From assembly GCA_013204385.1 (NCBI GenBank), contig JABMNY010000031.1:1168-65167 (forward strand): 64,000 nucleotides of DNA, written 5' to 3'. Both the position numbers and the translations under genes were made by a program. This DNA is from Candidatus Uhrbacteria bacterium. GTDB lineage: Bacteria > Patescibacteriota > Patescibacteriia > UBA9934 > GWF2-40-263. This document shows, piece by piece, positions 59,075 through 64,000 of this stretch. The stretch's first letter is position 1, and every line of letters starts with the position of its first letter. The notes under the pieces were generated by a model that made no database searches, was not told the DNA's origin, and saw only the letters and a list, made by a program, of their open reading frames with translations.

Positions 59075-62000
59075 TCACAAAAGAACAAGATCTAAACGCC
59101 TTTTTAAGATAGTTTTATCAACCTGATCTGAAGGTAAGAAGGTTTCTCCGCTACTAAATCTACCCATCAATGTTGGAGGAAGATCTATCACATACTCAGC
59201 CCAACTCCCCCCATAAAGAGTTTGAGCCATATCTTCAGATGAAATCCATCTCAATAATTGTCGATTTTCATCCTCCTCATCAGCCTCCACTGCGTATACA
59301 CGTGGATCGCTTTGAATCTTTACAAGCACAACTCCTGGTTTTGGAAGCATGGGTGCTCCTAACGTAAGTGCACTCAAAGTTGCATCCGACACCGTCCTTA
59401 CAGCTGAAAAATCATCTTGCCATGTAAAGAAAATTGTATGATTTTGAAATGGACGACGGGTTCCTGTGGAGGAGATTTGATAGACCACAGGATATGAAAC
59501 ACCTCGAATGTAATCTCCGACAAAAACAGCATCGATAGGTTCGATTTCACCATTGAACGGAGAACGTCCTGATTGTGTTCCATCTAATACAACAGATGAT
59601 GATTCTTCTGTGAGATCTGCGTCCTGCACACCTTCCGTTTCTGTTGTGGTATTCTCTTCAGTTGAGACTGAAGATGTTTTTATTGTGAAAACTTTGTTCG
59701 ATGTGTCTGAAACAGTATACGTGCTCTCTGAACGAGTAATCTTCACAAGACCGTTTGTTGTTTCGACTGCAGGAACCGTCCAACTATATTCTGACGTTCC
59801 TCCATTATAGTAGTCCTTTATCAAGGTATAAGAAGTTCCTCCATCGAAGGAATAGTAGATCTGTGTACGAGCTCCATTAGTTCCACTTGTCCATGTCCAG
59901 TCAATAACAATAGTAGCACCTATCGTTAGCATCTCTCCCCCATTTGGAGAAAGTACTTGAACAGTTCCTAAGACCTCACCAGAATACCCGCCTCCAAATC
60001 CCCAGTTAAGATTATTACCAAGATCTTCAGATCGAGATGAAGAAACATCATGTGTAACGGCACTTCCACTACTAGCATCTGAATCTTGGACAGATACGTA
60101 ATCCACAGAGATTGTTCCAGATAATTGGAGATTCCAAGCCGTGTCCGCGCTTGTGCTTGTAAGACTTATAAGCTGACCTGAAGCACCTGTCATCGTAAAA
60201 ATATTCGTGACGGTTTGCGTCGTCCCAGCGGTAAACTGAATTGCTTTTGACGCTGTTGTAGAAGAAAGATTATAGAACGTTGTGGAACCGGAAACAGTAG
60301 AGGTTGTTCCAGAGGTATCAAATGTCACGGTTCCAGATCGAGGAGTAAATGTCCCCCCCCCTTCCCCAGTCTCCACCAACCGTTATGGCATAATTTGATG
60401 CGCTTACATCTAACGTTCCGCTTGAAATTGTAACATCATCATCTACTTCTAGATTTGCCCCAAGCGTGACTACCCCTGCAGAATTGACGATAAAATCATT
60501 AAACGCTTCGTTCGCATTCACGGTTCCTGTTCCATCGAAGGTGACAGTTCCTGCTTGCTCAGCGAAGATTCCTGCCCCGGTGTCGGTCCAAGATCCGGCA
60601 ACAGTCATACCAAAGTTAGAGCCAGAAACATCGAGTGTTCCAGCAGTGAGGATGATGTTTCCGTTTATATCGAGTGCTCCATCCAACACATAGGTACTTC
60701 CAGATGAATTCACTGTGAGATTGTTGTATGGAGAGAGTGCTGAAAGAACCTCTTGTGAAATTGTCGTAGCTGCTTTGTAGATAATCGTTCCCCCAGAATT
60801 CGTCCATGTTCCGGCATTTTTGATGATGTCAACGGTTGGATCGTCCGATTCAATTTCTAAACTTCCATTTGAAATAGTCACTGTATCCGGAGCTCCATCC
60901 CCAAATGTATTTGTATTCGTCCCCGTTTTCATGATTCCTCCATTAATGGAAGAATTTCCAGCAATCGTCATGGTCTGATCATTCACATCAAACACTCCTG
61001 TTGTAAGCGTAAGATTCCCCACAATACTTTCAGCGACTCCCAAATTGAATGTGCCACCAGGACCATTAAACGTTAGGTGATGGTAGGAATAATCTTTCAC
61101 TGTATAGGGCCCCGATGTTCCATCATAGGTCACAGTTGAACCTGAGTTGAGTGTCGGTGTCGTAATAGTTTCTCCTCCCTGTAATCGAAAGGTTCCTCCG
61201 TCCTCAACCACAAATACTGAACCCGACCCATTCACCGTAAGCGCATAGCTACTTACGTCAAAACTTCCTTCTGTGATTGTGAGATCCTGATTTGTCGCGT
61301 TTAACGTCAACGCAGAACCTAATTCCACAGATCCTGAACTTTTATTAATCACAATATCTCCATCACAAGATGCCTCAACTCCAGTCAAGGTAAACGTCTG
61401 TGTTCCCGTTCCATTAAATGTTATTGGAACTGAACCACAACTCGTTGCGACTGTCATGTTTCCTCCAACCTGTACCACCGCTCCTCCTCCAGCTGTATTA
61501 AAATTACTACCCGACCCCGGGGAAAAATTCAGATCACTTTCAATAATAATGACATCACCTGACGATACTGAGAGTGCCCAGCCACCTGTTTTTGCAAAAG
61601 AAAAATTATAAAAAGTCTCTGACGTATTTACATCAAGAGTCCCCGCGAAACTACTTCCAAATTCAACCAATCCATTATTATGCACGAATGTACCACCTGC
61701 GGTATGGGTCCAATTTTTTGCAATTGCCATTGTTTCAGAAGTTGCATTGAATGTCCCCCCACTTTGAACAAAATAATATAAATTCACTGAACCAGAACCA
61801 CCAATAAAGGTTCCACCAGACTGAGTAAACAGCGCCGTTCCATTATTATTGATAGTCAATCCAAAACCATTCAAGTCAACCGTTCCGTTCGTAAGTGTAA
61901 AATCTTGATTTGAAACGTTCATTATTATTGAAGAAAGAAACTGGAGTGTTCCAGAAGATTTATTAACCGTGAGATCACCATCAAATTCACCTTCAATACC

Positions 62001-62798
62001 TGTTAAATCCCAGGTTTGAGTCCCAGTCCCATTGATCCTCATTGGGACGTTTGAAAAAGCCGTTGTTGCACTGATATTTCCTCCAACTATTATGAGTGCA
62101 GAAATTCCATTTAATACACTTCCTGCTCCAGATGTAGAGATAAGATCGTTGAGAACAACCATTGTGTCTCCGGACGTAATTGTAAGATCCCATCCACCTG
62201 TCTTTGAAAAGAGGACATTATAAAATGTCTCTGTGACATTAATATTCATCACTGCCCCCGCATTCGCATCAAAATTCACTGTGCCGTTATTATGTGCGAA
62301 TGTCCCACCGGAATTCGTAAAGTTTGTAGAAATAGTCATGGTTCCTGACGTGGCTGTAAATGTTCCACCTACAAGAGTCATTGATCCGTTCAAATCTATC
62401 GTCGAACTTCCTCCATTAAAAGAACCAACGTCTTGAACGAAATTTCCATTTCCAATTGTCAGTGTTGATCGAGTAACACTTATCGCTGAGGTATACCCAA
62501 TGTTAATATCAATCCCAGAAACAGCTCCTCCAAAACTTCCACCTGCATCAATATTTGATGCAGTATCCGATGTTCCATCGAATGTCGCCACATCCCCAGA
62601 ACCAGGACAGACGTCTCCACTCCAGTTTGTGCAAGTACTCCATAACCCGTCCCCTCCTTCACCATCCCATGTGCGAACAGCTGCATGAACCTGGTCTACA
62701 GACAAAAAAAGACTGATGCAGACAAAACCAAAGACACACCCGAATGTTACGGCTTTTCTAAACACGTACTCCATCATAAAATCGATCAATAAAAACAC
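59075..62798 (-). pseudogene. large Gly/Thr-rich beta-helix adhesin-like gene split by a frameshift in a G9 tract
   Basis: ORFs 60318-62798 and 59075-60379 join if one G is removed at 60353-60361; signal peptide; repeated 'GGTF.H NNGTV.F' units. Confidence 0.8.
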
Positions 62799-63004
62799 AT
62801 CAATTATAGCACATTTTCAATTCTGCGAACGAACAAAAACACTCCGTCTGAAGACGAAGTGTTTTTGGTTGCCCAAGCAGAACGGTTTTGGAACGGTTCT
62901 GGGAAATTGATTGGCAGGAACTGTTTCCTGAACCATCTATCACCTTAGCCAAATTTGGCTTTCTAACAATCTAAATTTCTACTTACTGCAAAAATAGAGC
63001 AGAA

Positions 63005-63376
63005 CTATTTCAAAAACTTGAAACTCGAAACAAGATCGTTAAAATATGGGATGTCAAAATTTTCCCAAGATCGAAAGATAACCTCATTATTTTTTACACC
63101 AATAGTCATGTCTGGTACTGGCTGCGGATTATCGTCTGTTGGAGAAATTAACATACAATCATCACTATTAACTCCACATGACACTCTCACGGTATCTGGG
63201 ACAATAAGTGAAAATGCTCCATCAGAACTTACAAAAGTTTGTGTACCAGGTTCTGCCTGAACAACTGATGAATCAGACACTTCACTTACGTCCGTCATGT
63301 TTAGGAAAAAAATTACACCACAAACACCAATGAGTACCCCAACCAGAAAAACGATTATTAATCTAGTTTGTTTCAT
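63005..63376 (-). CDS. membrane-anchored hypothetical protein
   Basis: N-terminal TM; C-terminal 'LVSSFKF'; AT-rich. Confidence 0.6.
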   Translation of the reverse strand: MKQTRLIIVFLVGVLIGVCGVIFFLNMTDVSEVSDSSVVQAEPGTQTFVSSDGAFSLIVPDTVRVSCGVNSDDCMLISPTDDNPQPVPDMTIGVKNNEVIFRSWENFDIPYFNDLVSSFKFLK

Positions 63377-63476
63377 ATATTTTAACAAGTTACTTACATT
63401 TTCAGATTTAATTAACCTATCAATCAATTAATTCAATTAAAACATTTAGATCAAAGAACACAAAATCCTAGGAAAC

Positions 63477-63743
63477 TCAAGTGTTTAATTGTTTTTGTAA
63501 ATAATGCCTCACCTGTTTTTTTAAGTATCTCCAACCTGATCCACTTTTTAAAAACTTCTCGCGACCAAGAGCGTCTTTTTGATTAAGGTACGCTTCATAA
63601 TAGATTACTTTCCAAGGTCCTCGTTTTGATGTTGAAGTGTTTCCATCTCGATTATGTTTAGCAACACGTTCTTTAAGATCAGCAGAATATCCAATATACC
63701 ATTTTCCACTCGACATACTTTCAATGACATATACATAGTACAT
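63477..63743 (-). CDS. small GIY-YIG nuclease
   Basis: 'MYYVYVIES...WYIGYSADLKERVAKHN','IYYEAY','ALGREKFLKSG'. Confidence 0.92.
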   Translation of the reverse strand: MYYVYVIESMSSGKWYIGYSADLKERVAKHNRDGNTSTSKRGPWKVIYYEAYLNQKDALGREKFLKSGSGWRYLKKQVRHYLQKQLNT

Positions 63744-63766
63744 ATATTTTACATAGTAACGAATTT

Positions 63767-63880
63767 GGCTTGCCACGTGAATAGATAGTATCTACGGGGC
63801 TTGCCACGTGAACACCTACGTTGAATATGATACAGCCACGTAAAATCGACATACAAACGTTGTCGATCACGTGGCACGTA
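63767..63880. repeat. REP-like repeats upstream of the GIY-YIG gene
   Basis: GGCTTGCCACGTGAA at 63767 and 63798; TCTACGGGGC; further GCCACGT/CACGTGGC copies. Confidence 0.7.
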
Positions 63881-63910
63881 AAAACACCAACCGAAGTTGG
63901 TGTTTTTACG

Positions 63911-63987
63911 TGGTTGCGGGGATCGGATTTGAACCGATGACCTCTTGGTTATGAGCCAAGCGAGCTGCCAGGCTGCTCTACCCCGCA
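63911..63987 (-). tRNA. tRNA-Met(CAT), initiator-type body
   Basis: TGCGGGGTAGAGCAGCCTGG..CTCATAA..GGTTCAAATCC..CCCCGCAACCA; A11-U24. Confidence 0.93.
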
Positions 63988-64000
63988 GGCCAGTTATATA

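Noticed and set aside
63767-63880. parS sites (CACGTG core)
   Set aside because: Flanks do not fit TGTTNCACGTGAAACA; better explained as GIY-YIG-adjacent repeats.
1-64000. CRISPR array, rRNA, prophage or transposase
   Set aside because: No regularly spaced repeat-spacer array, rRNA signature or recognisable such gene was seen.

Overview
Chromosomal window of a small-genome bacterium, most likely Patescibacteria/CPR (an inference from gene content: T4SS-pilin-like and TSP3 surface proteins, short RSH, long tmRNA tag, near-leaderless core genes). Core genes: smpB/ssrA, infC-rpmI-rplT, pyk, htrA, nrdR, ftsZ/ftsA, dgkA, ybeY, rpsU, hisS, lepB, LCP, der, pth, dprA, topA, rel, parAB and four tRNAs. 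These are mixed with small accessory genes that each carry their own promoter and Shine-Dalgarno sequence, and with a ~16-kb surface-protein cluster that includes a 3554-aa Cys-rich protein. The main non-coding findings are: (1) the 5' half of an apparent OLE RNA at the window start, with a divergent hairpin RNA whose loop is anti-SD-like; (2) two copies of a ~100-bp element inserted in the T-loop of duplicated tmRNA and tRNA-Leu 3' ends, each with an arm antisense to its own host RNA; (3) a TrpL-type attenuator (leader MNDTNVQSTWWRDLS) upstream of a GNAT gene; (4) three small GIY-YIG genes, each with its own flanking palindromes; (5) an adhesin frameshifted at a poly-G tract. All calls were made by eye; no database searches were run.
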